Notes: generated by a model not told the origin, from the letters alone. A stretch of DNA of 64,000 nt from an uncultured delta proteobacterium (GCA_963766715.1 CAVYBH010000013.1:64001-128000); one strand, 5' to 3'. Positions 29,634 to 42,064 are shown, numbered from the stretch's first letter. A program made the numbers and translations.

Positions 29634-32289
29634 ATGGACAGCCCGCCCGACATCGATCCGCTGGAGACGCGAGAGTGGCTCGACGCCCTCGAGGGCGTCA
29701 TCGCGCGGGAGGGGCCCGATCGCGCCCACTGGCTCATCGAGCAGCTCATCGGGCGGGCCCGCCGCTCCGGCACCTACCTGCCCTTCTCGGCCAACACGGC
29801 CTACGTGAACACCATCCCGGTCGAGCGGCAGCCGCCGCTCCCGGGCGACTTCGAGCTCGAGCAGCGCATCCGCCACTTCATCCGCTGGAACGCCATGGCC
29901 ATGGTGGTCCGGGCCAACCGCAACACCAACGTGGGCGGCCACATCGCCAGCTTCGCGTCGGCGGCCATGCTCTACGACATCGGCTACAACCACTTCTGGC
30001 GCGCCCCCACCAAGGAGCAGGGCGGGGATCTGGTCTTCATCCAGGGCCATTCCTCTCCCGGGATCTACGCGCGCGCCTACCTGCTCGGGCTGCTGACGGA
30101 GGGGCAGCTCGACCACTACCGCCAGGAGGTGGACGGCAAGGGACTCTCGTCCTACCCGCACCCGTGGCTCATGCCGCGGTTCTGGAACTTCCCCACGGTG
30201 TCCATGGGGCTCGGGCCGCTCATGGCCATCTACCAGGCGCGCTTCATGAAGTACCTGGACGACCGCGGGCTGGCGAAGACCAGCCGGGCGCAAGGTGTGG
30301 GCGCTCACCGGCGACGGCGAGATGGACGAGCCGGAGGCCATGGGCGCGATCGGCATGGCCGGCCGGGAGAAGCTCGACAACCTGATCTTCGTGGTGAACG
30401 CGAACCTCCAGCGCCTCGACGGTCCGGTGCGCGGGAACGGCAAGATCATCCAGGAGCTGGAGAGCGAGTTCCGCGGCGCCGGCTGGAACGTGGTGAAGGT
30501 CATCTGGGGACGGCACTGGGACCCGCTGCTGGCGCGCGACAAGAACGGCGCCCTGCAGCGCCGGATGATGGAGGCGGTGGACGGCGACTACCAGACCTAC
30601 AAGGCCAAGGACGGAGCCTACGTCCGCGAGCACTTCTTCAACACGCCCGAGCTGCGCGCCATGGTGGCCGACTACTCCGACGAGGACATCTGGAACCTGA
30701 ACCGGGGTGGGCACGACCCGTTCAAGGTCTTCGCCGCCTACCAGGCCGCCATGAGCCACGAGGGGGAGCCGACGCTCATCCTCGCCAAGACGGTCAAGGG
30801 CTACGGCATGGGGGAGTCCGGCGAGGCCCAGAACATCACGCACCAGCAGAAGAAGATGTCGGTCGAGGCCATCCGCCGCTTCCGCGACCGGTTCCAGATC
30901 CCGGTGCCGGACGACCAGCTGCCCGACGTTCCCTACGTGAAGTTCGAGGAGGGCTCGAAGGAGCTCGCGTACCTCAAGTCCCGCCGGACCGAGCTGGGCG
31001 GCGATCGTCCGCGGCGCCACGGGAGCGCCGGAAAGCTGCCCGTGCCTCCGCTCTCGGCCTTCGCGCGCGTGCTCGAGGGGAGCGGGGAGCGCGAGATCTC
31101 GACCACCATGGCGTTCGTGCAGTTCCTCCAGATCCTGGTTCGCGACAAGGAGATCGGGCCGCACGTGGTGCCCATCGTGGCCGACGAGTCGCGCACCTTC
31201 GGCATGGAGGGCATGTTCCGGCAGCTCGGCATCTGGAGCCACGTCGGGCAGCTCTACACGCCGCAGGACGCCGACCAGCTGGCCTTCTACAAGGAGGACA
31301 AGAAGGGGCAGATCCTGCAGGAGGGCATCAACGAGGCCGGCGCCATGGCCGACTGGATGGCCGCCGCCACCTCCTACTCGGTGCACGGCGTCCCGATGCT
31401 GCCCTTCTACATCTTCTACTCGATGTTCGGATTCCAGCGCGTGGGCGACCTGGCCTGGGCCGCCGGCGACATGCGGAGCCGCGGGTTCCTGCTCGGCGCC
31501 ACCTCGGGGCGCACCACCCTGAACGGCGAGGGGCTCCAGCACCAGGACGGCCACTCGCACGTCCTCTCGGCCACCATCCCGAACGCGGTCTCCTACGACC
31601 CGGCCTTCGGCTACGAGGTGGCGGTCATCGTCCAGGACGGCATGCGCCGCATGTACGAGGCCCAGGAGGACGTCTACTACTACCTCACGCTGCTCAACGA
31701 GAACTTCCGCCAGCCGGCCATGCCCGCCGGCGTCGAGGAGGGCATCCGCCGGGGGCTCTACCTGTACAGGCCCGGCGCCGACGCGCCGAAGGCGCCGCGC
31801 GTCCAGCTCCTCGGCTCGGGGGCCATCTTCCACGAGGTCCTGGCCGCCGCGGGACTCCTCCGCGACGACTGGGGCGTCGAGTCCGACGTCTGGAGCGTGC
31901 CCAGCTTCACCGAGCTCGCGCGGGAGGGCAACGCCGTGGCGCGCGAGACCCTCCTCCACCCCGAGGCGAAGGCGCGGCGGTCGTACGTGGAGGAGAAGCT
32001 GGCCGCGTCGAAGGGGCCGGTGGTGGCCGCCACCGACTACGTCCGGGCCTACGCCGACCAGATCCGCGCGTTCGTTCCCCGGCGGTACCTGGTGCTGGGG
32101 ACCGACGGCTTCGGCCGCTCCGACACCCGGGAGCGGCTCCGCAGCTTCTTCGAGGTCGATCGGTTCCACGTCGTCGTGGCCGCGCTGAAGTCGCTCGCCG
32201 ACGACGGCGTCCTTCCCCCCGCCCGGGCCGCCGAGGCGATGCGCAAGTACGGCATCGACGGCGACCGGCCCGCCCCCTGGACGGTGTAG
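29634..32289 (+). CDS. aceE: Pyruvate dehydrogenase E1, homodimeric type; frameshift near 30285
   Basis: DIDPLETREW, GGHIASFAS, SSYPHPWLMP, GDGEMDEPE, NLQRLDGPVRGNGK, LNGEGLQHQDG. Confidence 0.95.
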
Positions 32290-32291
32290 CC

Positions 32292-33604
32292 ATGAGCCTG
32301 CTCGAGGTCCGGGTTCCCAACATCGGCGGCTTCAAGGACGTCGGCGTGGTCGAGGTGCTCGTGAAGCCCGGCGACGCCGTGGCGGCGGACGCCTCGCTCG
32401 TCACCCTGGAGTCGGACAAGGCCACGATGGACGTCCCCTCCCCGTTCGCCGGGACGGTCCGGGACGTGAGGGTCAAGGTGGGGGACCGGGTCGGAGAGGG
32501 ATCGCTCGTGCTCCTGCTCGAGGCCGCTGCGGGGACCAGCCCGGGCGAGCCCCCTGCACCGGTCGCGGCCGCACCCGCAAGAGCCGCACCGGCCGCAGCG
32601 GCTCCGTCGCAGGCGTCTGCCGCGCGCCCGCCGCTGCCCGCCCGCGCCGCCCCCTCGCCGCACCGGCGCCGGTCGCGCCGGCCTCCGTCGACGCGGCGAG
32701 CGTTCCATCCGGGCAGTCCCACGCCTCGCCGTCGGTCCGGAAGGTGGCCCGCGAGCTCGGCGTGGACCTCGCCCGCGTCACCGGCACCGGCCCCCGCGGC
32801 CGGGTGCTCCAGGAGGACGTCCAGCGGTTCGTGAAGCAGGCGCTGGCCGGCCAGGTCCCGGGCGGCGTGGGGCTCGACCTCCTCCCCTGGCCCAAGGTGG
32901 ACTTCGCGCGCTTCGGCCCGGTCGAGACCCGCCCCCTGGGCCGGATTCGCCGAATCGCCGGCGCCAACCTGGCCCGGAACTGGGTGATGATCCCGCACGT
33001 CACCCAGTTCGACGAGGCGGACGTCACCGATCTCGAGTCCTTCCGGGTGCAGCTGAACCACGAGCAGGAGGGCAAGGGCCCGAAGGTCACGCTGCTCGCC
33101 TTCCTGGTGAAGGCGGTGGTGGCCTCGCTGCAGCGCTTCCCGGAGTTCAACTCCTCCCTCGACGGCGACAGCCTGGTCCTGAAGCGCTATTTCCACATCG
33201 GCTTCGCGGCGGACACGCCGAACGGCCTGGTGGTGCCGGTGGTCCGCGATGCCGACCGCAAGGGCGTCCTGGAGATCGCGCGGGAGCTCTCGGAGCTGGC
33301 GGCGAAGGCGCGGGAGGGGAAGCTCGCGGCGGCCGACATCCAGGGCGGGACCTTCTCGATCTCGAGCCTGGGGGGCATCGGCGGAACCGCCTTCACCCCC
33401 ATCGTGAACGCGCCGGAGGTCGCCATCCTGGGCGCCTCGCGGGTGGCCACGCGTCCGGTCTGGGACGGGGAGCGATTCGCGCCGCGCCAGGTCCTTCCGC
33501 TCTCCCTCTCCTACGACCACCGCGTGATCGACGGCGCCGCCGGCGCCCGGTTCACCACCCATCTCGCGGCGCTGCTGCGCGACATGCGTCGCGCGATGCT
33601 CTAG
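32292..33604 (+). CDS. aceF: Dihydrolipoamide acetyltransferase E2, single lipoyl domain; frameshift(s) in linker 32640-32700
   Basis: LESDKATMDVPSP lipoyl motif, HASPSVRKVARELGVDL, IPHVTQFD, LSYDHRVIDG. Confidence 0.93.
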
Positions 33605-33728
33605 CGGCGCGGCAGCGGGGTCGAGGAGCACCGGGCGGGTCGTCGAGGCGCCGAGGGCCCCGGCTCGTGGCACGACCGGATCGGCTCACGATTCGCGGGG
33701 TTTGCGGGCGGCGCTGGCCTCGGCGCGG

Positions 33729-33745
33729 CTGGCACGCAGCGTGCT
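33729..33745 (+). promoter_or_regulatory. Putative sigma54 (-24/-12) promoter
   Basis: CTGGCACGCAGCGTGCT: TGGCAC with exact GG-N10-GC spacing. Confidence 0.6.
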
Positions 33746-33795
33746 GCTGGAAGCACCACGCTCCGGAACGGATCCGGGCGCACATCGGTGCACAC

Positions 33796-34860
33796 GTGCT
33801 CACGCTTCGACCGAACGACGTCGCCACCTGGACCGACCTGCTGCCGCAGGTCCTCGACGGACGGTTGGAGCCGGCGGGTCAGGGCGAGCAGCGGCTGGAG
33901 CCGGACCAGGTCGGCGCCTTCCGGTTCTTCGCGGGCACCTCGCTCGCCGCGCGTGCCGATCCCTCGCGCCTCGGAGTGGCTGGGAGCCGGGGCAGCGGTC
34001 GACGGACCCGAGCTGCGGGCGAGCGACTACGTCGCCGAGCTCCTGCTCCGGAACGGCCACCTGTCCGCGCCCTCCACGCCGTTCGCGGACCCCCGGGCCT
34101 TCGTCCACTTCACCCACTTGCCGGCCATGCGCGCCTGCCGCGCGGAGTTCGTGAGCTTCGCCATCGACTCCCTGCCGGAGGCGTCCGGGCCGCTCCGGGT
34201 GCTCGACGTGGGTTGCGGGGACGGGGAGCTGCTCGAGCTCCTGCTTCCGGCCCTGCTCGGCTCGGGGCGCTGGGACGAGGTGTCGGCCATCACCCTGCTC
34301 GACCCGTCCCCGGGCATGCTGTCCTCGGCCAAGGGACGCATCGCGGCCAGGTGGCCCGACGCACGCGTGGACGGGCGGGTGGCCAGGCTCGAGGACGTGG
34401 CCAGCTCCCTCGGGGGGCGCTACGACCTCGTCCTCGGGTCGCTCTCCCTCCACCACATGCCCGCCGAGGTGAAGCACCGGACACTGGCCGCCCTGGCCCC
34501 GGTCATGGACAACCTCCTCCTGCTCGAGCTGGACGCGGACCACGACTCCCCGGAGGTCGGGTCCCCCGCCTCGCGGCCTCGGTCCACCAGACCTACGGCT
34601 GGATGCTGGCCCAGATCCTCGGACCCGACACCCCCGATCCGGTGGCCCAGGAGAGCGCCGACCAGTTCGTCGCCCCCGAGCTGGTCTCCCTGCTCACCCG
34701 GCCCCGGGGCGCGCGCAGCGAGTACCACATGCCGCGCGGCGCGTGGCTCGACCTCCTGACCGACGCGCTCGGCCCGGACCTGCGCCCGCTCGGCGCCCGG
34801 ACCGCCCTCTCCACGCCGCACGCGGACCTGTTCGCGCTCCACCTCGGGCGCCCCGAGTAG
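33796..34860 (+). CDS. Class I SAM-dependent methyltransferase; compensating frameshifts near 33970 and 34570
   Basis: VLDVGCGDG motif I, LLDPSPGML, YDLVLGSLSLHH; N- and C-termini lie in the frame of ORF 33667..34860. Confidence 0.75.
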   Translation: MLTLRPNDVATWTDLLPQVLDGRLEPAGQGEQRLEPDQVGAFRFFAGTSLAARADPSRLGVAGSRGSGRRTRAAGERLRRRAPAPERPPVRALHAVRGPPGLRPLHPLAGHARLPRGVRELRHRLPAGGVRAAPGARRGLRGRGAARAPASGPARLGALGRGVGHHPARPVPGHAVLGQGTHRGQVARRTRGRAGGQARGRGQLPRGALRPRPRVALPPPHARRGEAPDTGRPGPGHGQPPPARAGRGPRLPGGRVPRLAASVHQTYGWMLAQILGPDTPDPVAQESADQFVAPELVSLLTRPRGARSEYHMPRGAWLDLLTDALGPDLRPLGARTALSTPHADLFALHLGRPE

Positions 34861-34988
34861 GCCGGCCGAGGGAGCCGGGCTCGTCGTCATAGCCGGGCAA
34901 CGGCCCCTTCGCACCGCCCCGATTGCCCCTCCGGGAACCGGCTCTTTCGCCTGCGCGAAGGGTTCCGGAGCGATTAATACGCTCGGCC

Positions 34989-36127
34989 ATGACGACGAAG
35001 ACCAAGCTCTGGATCGCCGTCGGCCTCGGCCTCGTGGCCGTCGTCGGCGTGCTCGTCGGGGTCAAGGCGACTCCAGAATCGGCTCGATGATCAAGGCGGG
35101 GAAGTCGTTCGTTCCCCCTCCCGAGGCCGTGACCACCACGCAGGTGGAGGCGGCCAACTGGCAACCCATCCAGGCGGCCAGCGGGACGCTCGTCGCCTTC
35201 CGGGGCGTCACGGTCGGGTCCGAGCTCCCGGGCGCCATCCGCGAGGTCTCCTTCGACTCCGGCACCTACGTGAAGAAGGGCGCCGTGCTCCTGAAGCTCG
35301 ACTCGTCGACCGAGGAAGCGCAGCTGGCGTCGGCCCTGGCGGACGAGAACCTGGCTCGCCTGAACTACGAGCGCGCCGTCGAGGTCCGCAAGGGGCAGGC
35401 CAACACCCCTGCCGATCTCGACGCGGCGGAGGCCCGCTACAAGCAGGCCCAGGCGGCCGTGAACACGCTCAGGACCACCATCGCGAAGAAGTCGATCCGC
35501 GCCCCCTTCGACGGCCGCATCGCCATCCGTCAGGTCGAGGTGGGCCAGGTCCTCGCGGCCGGCGCACCGGTCGCATCCCTCCAGTCGGTCACGCCAATCT
35601 ACGTCGAGTTCTCCTTGCCCCAGCAGGCGCTCGCCCGGCTCAAGGTGGGCCAGCCAATCCACCTGCACACGGACACCTTCCCGGGTGCCACGTGGAACGG
35701 GAAGGTCAGCACCATCAACACCGAGGTGGACGTCGCCACCCGGAACGTGCGGGTCCGCGCCACCGTCCCGAACGACGACGGCCGGCTCCGTCCGGGCATG
35801 TTCGGGAACGTCGAGGTCCTCTCGCCAGAGAAGGTCCCGGTGCTGCTCGTGCCGGCCACGGCCGTCATCTTCGCCCCGTACGGCGACTCGGTGTTCGTGC
35901 TCGACGCGAAGAAGGGAGCCGACGGGAAGGACGAGCTCGTCGTCCAGCAGCGCTTCGTCCGGCTGGGCGAGCGGCGCGGCGATCTCGTCGCCGTCGTGTC
36001 GGGACTCAAGGCCGGGGAGACCGTGGTGAGCAGCGGCGCCTTCAAGCTGCGAAGCGGCGCGGCGGTGGTGGTCAAGAACGACATGGCCCCCGACGTCCAG
36101 CTCAATCCCAAGCCGGCCGAGAACTAG
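34989..36127 (+). CDS. RND efflux periplasmic adaptor (MFP); frameshift near 35070
   Basis: N-terminal TM MTTKTKLWIAVGLG, IRAPFDG, LRPGMF, GLKAGETVV. Confidence 0.9.
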
Positions 36128-36136
36128 GCGCCAGCC

Positions 36137-39100
36137 ATGAAGTTCACCGACCTCTTCATCCGCCGTCCCGTCATCGCGATCGTCGTCAACCTCATCATCG
36201 TGATCGCCGGCCTCCAGGCGATCCGCACCCTGAACGTCCGCCAGTACCCCCGCAGCGAGAACGCCGCCGTCACCGTCACCACCGTCTACGTGGGCGCCAG
36301 CGCGGCGCTGGTGCGCGGGTTCATCACCACGCCGCTCGAGCGGGCCATCGCGGCGGCCGACGGCATCGACTACATCGAGTCGGAGAGCAAGCAGAACGTC
36401 TCGACCATCCGGGCCCGCCTGCGGCTCAACTACGACGCGAACCGCGCCCTCTCCGAGATCGCCTCCAAGGTGAACCAGGTCCGCGGCGACCTGCCGCCCG
36501 AGGCCGAGCTCCCCATCATCAACATCGAGTCGGCCGACAGCCAGTTCGCCTCCGCCTACCTGAGCTTCTCCTCCCAGTTCCTGAAGCAGAACGAGATCAC
36601 CGACTACCTGGTTCGCGTGGTCCAGCCCCGCCTCTCCGCGGTCGAGGGCGTGCAGCGCGCCGACATCCTGGGCGCCCGCACCTTCGCCATGCGCATCTGG
36701 CTCAAGCCCGACCGGATGGCCGCGCTCAACGTGAGCCCGGCCCAGGTCCGCCAGGCGCTGGCGGCCAACAACTACCTGTCCGCGGTGGGCCAGACGAAGG
36801 GCTCCCTCGTCCAGGTCAACCTGACCGCCAACACCGACCTGCGCTCCGTCCGCGAGTTCCAGCGGATGGTGATCCGGGAGCGGGACGGATCGGTGGTGCG
36901 CCTCGGCGACGTGGCCGACGTGGCCCTCGGCGCCGAGGACTACGACGTCATGGTCAACTTCAGCGGCGACACGGCGGTGTTCGTCGGCATCTGGGCGCTC
37001 CCCAACGCCAACTCCCTCGACGTCATCAAGCGCGTCCGGGCGGAGATGGAGGTCATCAAGAAGGAGCTGCCGGAGCAGATCAAGGCCACCATCGCCTACG
37101 ACGGGACGGCCTACATCCAGAACGCCATCGACGAGGTGGTGCAGACGCTCCTCGAGACCATCCTCATCGTCATCGTGGTCATCTTCCTCTTCCTGGGATC
37201 GCTCCGGTCGGTGCTGGTCCCGGTGGTGGCCATCCCGGTCTCGCTGGTGGGCGCCGTCTTCCTGATGCAGCTGTTCGGCTTCACCATCAACCTGCTCACC
37301 CTGCTGGCCGTGGTCCTCTCCGTCGGCCTCGTGGTCGACGACGCCATCGTGGTGGTCGAGAACGTGGAGCGGCACGTCCGCGAGGGGATGAAGCCCATCG
37401 ACGCCGCCATCGTCGGCGCGCGCGAGCTGGTCGGGCCCATCATCTCGATGACCATCACCCTCGCCGCGGTGTACGCGCCCATCGCCTTCCAGGGCGGCCT
37501 GACCGGATCGCTCTTCCGCGAGTTCGCGCTCACCCTGGCCGGCGCGGTCACCATCTCCGGCGTCGTGGCCCTGACCCTGTCGCCGATGATGTCCGCCCGG
37601 CTGATCACCAGCGGGCACGAGGACAAGGGGCTCTCCGGCCTCGTGAACCGCACCTTCGAGCGGGTGAAGGCCACCTACGCCCGCCACCTCGAGGCCTCCT
37701 TCAAGGCCCGCGGCATCATCTACACCGCGTGGGCCGTGATCTCGCTGCTCGCCGTGGCCATGTTCCTCCAGTCGCCCGCGCGAGCTGGCCCCGGTCGAGG
37801 ACCAGGGCGTGATCTTCGGGGTCGTGAACACCCCGGCCAACTCCACCCTCGACCAGGTCGGCCCAGTCGACGCGGGAGGTGAACCGGATGCTGATGGGGA
37901 TCCCGGAGACCAACTTCACCTTCCAGATCACCTTCCCGTCCGGCGGGTTCTGGGGCGACGGGCTCAAGCCCTGGAAGGAGCGGAAGCGGACGGCGGCCCA
38001 GATCCTCCCCGAGGTCCAGCAGAAGGTCGGCGCCGTGCCCGGGATCCAGACCTTCCCCATCCTCCCGCCGGCGCTGCCCGGAGGCGGGAACTTCCCGGTG
38101 GAGTTCGTCATCGCCTCCACCGCCGACGCCTCCGAGATCCTGAGCTTCGCGAAGCAGCTCCAGGAGAAGGCCGCGAAGAGCGGGATCTTCGCCTTCCCGC
38201 CGCTCATCGACGTGAAGGTCGACCAGCCCGAGGCGGAGATCGTCATCGACCGGGAGAAGGTCGCCCAGCTGGGGCTGAACCTCCAGAGCGTGGGCCAGGA
38301 CATCTCCGCCGCGGTGGGCGGCAACTTCGTCAACCGCTTCAGCGTCGACGGGCGCAGCTACAAGGTCATCCCGCAGATCTCCCGGGTCGACCGGCTCAAC
38401 CCCGAGCAGCTGAAGGACATCTACGTCACCGGCCCGAACGGCCAGCTGGTGTCGCTCTCCTCCATCGCCACCATCAAGGACTCGGTCACGCCCCGATCGC
38501 TGAACCGCTTCCAGCAGCTGAACGCCGTGAAGATCTCGGGGGTGGCCATCCGGCCGCTCGACGAGGCGCTCCGGTACCTGGAGGACGAGGCGGCCGCGCA
38601 TCCTGCCCAAGGGATACGTCGTCGACTACACCGGCGAGTCGCGCCAGCTGCGCGTCGAGGGCAACAAGTTCGGTCCGGCGTTCCTGCTCTCCATCGTGCT
38701 GATCTTCCTGATCCTGGCCGCGCAGTTCAACAGCTTCCGGGACCCGTTCGTCATCCTGATGGGCTCGGTGCCGCTCGCCATGTTCGGCTCGCTCGCCCTC
38801 ACCTTCCTCAAGATGCCGAACCCGAACATGCCCTTCTGGACCGACGGGTGGACGACGACGCTCAACGTCTACTCCCAGGTGGGGCTGGTCACCCTCGTCG
38901 GCCTGGTCGCGAAGAACGGGATCCTCATCGTGCAGTTCGCGAACGAGCTGCAGCGGGAGGGCCAATCCAAGGTGGAGGCGGTGAAGAACGCGGCGGTGAT
39001 CCGGCTCCGCCCCATCCTCATGACGAGCGCGGCCACCATCTTCGGCCACCTGCCCCTGACCTTCGTGTCCGGGCCCGGCGCCGCGGCCCGGAACAGCATC

Positions 39101-39241
39101 GGGCTCGTGCTCGTGGCCGGAATGGCCGTCGGCACGGCCTTCACGGTCTTCTTCGTCCCCGCCATCTACCTGCTCATCGCCCGCGACCACGGGAAGAAGC
39201 GGGTGGCCGAGTTCGTGCCCCTACCCGAGGGGGGCCAGTAG
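36137..39241 (+). CDS. RND efflux permease (AcrB/MexW-like); frameshifts near 37775, 37860, 38595
   Basis: FIRRPV, VGLVVDDAIVVVEN, GLVAKNGILIVQFAN, RLRPILMT across three ORFs. Confidence 0.92.
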
Positions 39242-39324
39242 CAGGCCCGAGGCGTCACGGCGTGCTTCAACGCCCCGGGGATCCTGGGGTACGATGCGCG
39301 ACCGCTCGAGCGGGAGGGAGAACC

Positions 39325-39759
39325 ATGGCCATCATCGAGAAGCGATACAACCGCGACATCGTCGCCCTGGACGCATCCGCGTCGGTCACCGAGGCCGCCC
39401 GCGTGATGGCCGATCGACGCATCGGATCGGTCGGCGTGCGCCGCGAGGGCAAGGTCGTCGGGCTGGTCACCGAGCGCACGCTGGTCTTCCGCGCCATGGC
39501 GACCGGCGAGGTCGGCAAGGCCACCCTGGGCGAGATCGTCCGCACCGACATGCCCACCGTCGGCCCCGACACGGAGGACCGCGAGGTCGCCGACGTCATG
39601 CGCCGGAACTTCACCCGTCACCTGCTCGTGAAGGACGGCGGCGCGGTGGTCGGCGTGGTCTCCATGCTCGACGTCCTCCAGCTCATGCTGGACGAGAAGG
39701 ACTGGCTCACCACGCAGCTGCAGCAGTACATCAAGGGCGGCCGCGGGGTGGCCTGGTAG
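39325..39759 (+). CDS. Tandem CBS-domain protein
   Basis: EAARVMADRRIGS, VVGLVTER, RHLLV..VVGVVSMLD; GGAG RBS. Confidence 0.85.
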   Translation: MAIIEKRYNRDIVALDASASVTEAARVMADRRIGSVGVRREGKVVGLVTERTLVFRAMATGEVGKATLGEIVRTDMPTVGPDTEDREVADVMRRNFTRHLLVKDGGAVVGVVSMLDVLQLMLDEKDWLTTQLQQYIKGGRGVAW

Positions 39760-39783
39760 CGTCGCGGCGGGTCCCTCCCCGCC

Positions 39784-41065
39784 TCAGCGGGGCAGCGTCT
39801 CCAGCGCCTGCCGGAGGTCGGCGATCAGGTCCTCCGGGGTCTCGATGCCGACCGAGAGCCGGATCACGCCGTCGGTGATTCCCGCGCGCAGGCGCGCCTC
39901 CGGGGTCATCGACGCGTGGGTCATCGAGGCCGGGTGGGCGACGAGGCTCTCCACCCCCCCGAGGCTCTCCGCCAGCGTGAACCAGCGCAGGCTCCGCAGG
40001 ACGTGGTCCACGCGGTCCTGGCGGAAGTCCACGAGCTCGAAGCTCACCATCCCGCCGAATCCGGCCTGCTGGGCCCGCGCGAGCGCGTGCTGGGGGTGGC
40101 TCTCCAGCCCCGGGTAGTGGACCTTCGCCACCGCCGGGTGCGCGGCGAGGAACCGGGCCACCGCGTGCGCGCCGACCTCGTGGGCCTTCATGCGCAGGAG
40201 CAGCGTCTTCAGGCCCCGCAGCACGAGGAAGCAGTCGTGCGGGCTCTGCGAGGTCCCGAGCAGGTTGTTCATGCTCTGGATGCGCTGCAGGAGCGCCGTC
40301 TGGCCGGGCGCCGCCACGACCGCTCCGCCGACCACGTCGCTGTGGCCGTTCAGGTACTTGGTGGTCGAGTGGACCACCAGGTCCGCGCCCGACTGGAAGG
40401 GCTTCTGCAGCACCGGCGAGAGGAAGGTGTTGTCCACCACGGTGAGGGCGCCGCCGGCGCGCGCCAGCGAGGCCACGGCGCGGATGTCGGTGATGCCGGA
40501 GCAGCGGGTTCGACGGCGTCTCGATCCAGACCATCCGCGTGTTGTTGCGGAAGGCCGCCGCGACCGCGCCGAGGTCGGCCAGGTCGAGGTAGGTGACCTG
40601 GAGCCCGTAGGCGGACTTGGCGTGCTCGAGGGCCCGGAAGGTGCCCCCGTAGCAGTCGACGGTGCAGATGAGGTGGCTGCCGGCCGGGAGCAGGTTGAGC
40701 GCCACGATCACCGCGCTCATCCCGGTGGTGGTGCAGGTCGCGCCCGCCCCGCCCTCCAGGAGCGCGATGGCCTCCTCGAGCGCCGCCCGCGTCGGGTTCC
40801 CGCTCCGCGTGTAGTCGTAGCCGGCGTTCGTGCAGACGTCGCGGAAGGCGAAGGTGGAGCTCTGGTAGATGGGCGGCATCACCGCGCCATAGGCCGGGTC
40901 GGGCTGCACGCCGGCGTGGACGCACTGGGTGGCGAGCCCGGCGCCTGGCACCAGGGGCGCCCGCCGGGCCCACCCCACCCTTCCCGGCGTGCCCGCGGGC
41001 ACGATGGTGAAGTGGTAGGCGGGGTTGCCGGGGACGTTCGGGTCGAGATGGACTTCGTCGGTCAT
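39784..41065 (-). CDS. PLP-dependent trans-sulfuration enzyme (cystathionine gamma-synthase/lyase); frameshift near 40500
   Basis: PPIYQSSTF, YTRSGNPTR, YGGT, ETPSNP, VDNTF, HSTTKYLNGHSD, AESLGGVESL, IRLSVGIE. Confidence 0.92.
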
Positions 41066-41174
41066 GACGGGTTGGTAGCCGCTCGCGGGCCCGAAGACAA
41101 CCCTCGATCGACCCGGCGAGGGCGGGGGCCTCCCCGTCGGCGGCGTCGAGGGGCGAGGGTCCGTAGCCGGAGCC

Positions 41175-41837
41175 CTAGAAGCTGCCCGAGGCCGCCACGA
41201 CGACGAACTGGTCCACCTGCCCCGGGGCGAAGAAGTAGACCGTCGCGGCCAGCTTCCAGAAGTTGATCCCGACGAGCGGCCCACCCTGCACCTGGGTCGT
41301 GGTCTGGAAGGCGCGCGTTCGCTGGAGCACGAGGCCGACCCGGAGCCACTCGGGTCCCGTCACGCTGAACTCGCTCCAGGCGTAGAGATAGCTCTGGGTG
41401 TTGTCGCCGAGGTCGAACACGTACTCGCTCTGCGACCACCACGTGAGCGGACCCCACGAGAGGACGAGGGTGAGTCCGGGTGCCACACCTTTCAACTGCC
41501 CGAAGACGCCGCCCACCATGGGCGTGAGATCGAGCGTCAGGTCTTCACCGAAGGAGAAGTTCCAGCCGACCCACGCCGAACCCGTATCCCGGGCCTCGTA
41601 GTTGTAGCGCCCCTCCAGGTGCAGACCGCCACGGTCCACCGCCAGCGTCGGCTGGAAGTACGCGGGCTCCCCGGGGACGACGTAGAGCAGGAGGGAGGGG
41701 CTCCATTCCCAGGAAGTCGATTCCCGGGCGGCCGGTTCTGGCGTGCCTTCCGTCGCCCGGCCCGGCCCGGGAGCGGCGAGCACTGCCAGGAGGCCAACCA
41801 CCAGGACTCGCGCGGCGGCCTTCCGGGGATCGGGCAT
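41175..41837 (-). CDS. Hypothetical small outer-membrane beta-barrel-like protein
   Basis: Signal-peptide-like N-terminus, alternating aromatic/hydrophobic beta pattern, C-terminal Phe (VAASGSF). Confidence 0.65.
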   Translation of the reverse strand: MPDPRKAAARVLVVGLLAVLAAPGPGRATEGTPEPAARESTSWEWSPSLLLYVVPGEPAYFQPTLAVDRGGLHLEGRYNYEARDTGSAWVGWNFSFGEDLTLDLTPMVGGVFGQLKGVAPGLTLVLSWGPLTWWSQSEYVFDLGDNTQSYLYAWSEFSVTGPEWLRVGLVLQRTRAFQTTTQVQGGPLVGINFWKLAATVYFFAPGQVDQFVVVAASGSF

Positions 41838-41952
41838 GGGGACGGAGGCTAGCAGGACTCGGCCGGAGTCGTGACGCGTTTTTCCCAGTACCTGCCGAAC
41901 GTTGCGCGGAGGCTGGGCCCGCCTCGTCACGGTGGGTCAACGGCGGGCAATG

Positions 41953-41986
41953 AAAAGCCCCGCCACCGGGACGACGGTGACGGGGC
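41953..41986 (-). terminator. Intrinsic terminator of the tRNA-Gln/Glu transcript
   Basis: GCCCCGTCACCG-loop-CGGTGGCGGGGC then TTTT on the minus strand. Confidence 0.8.
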
Positions 41987-41989
41987 AAC

Positions 41990-42064
<75 letters not shown>

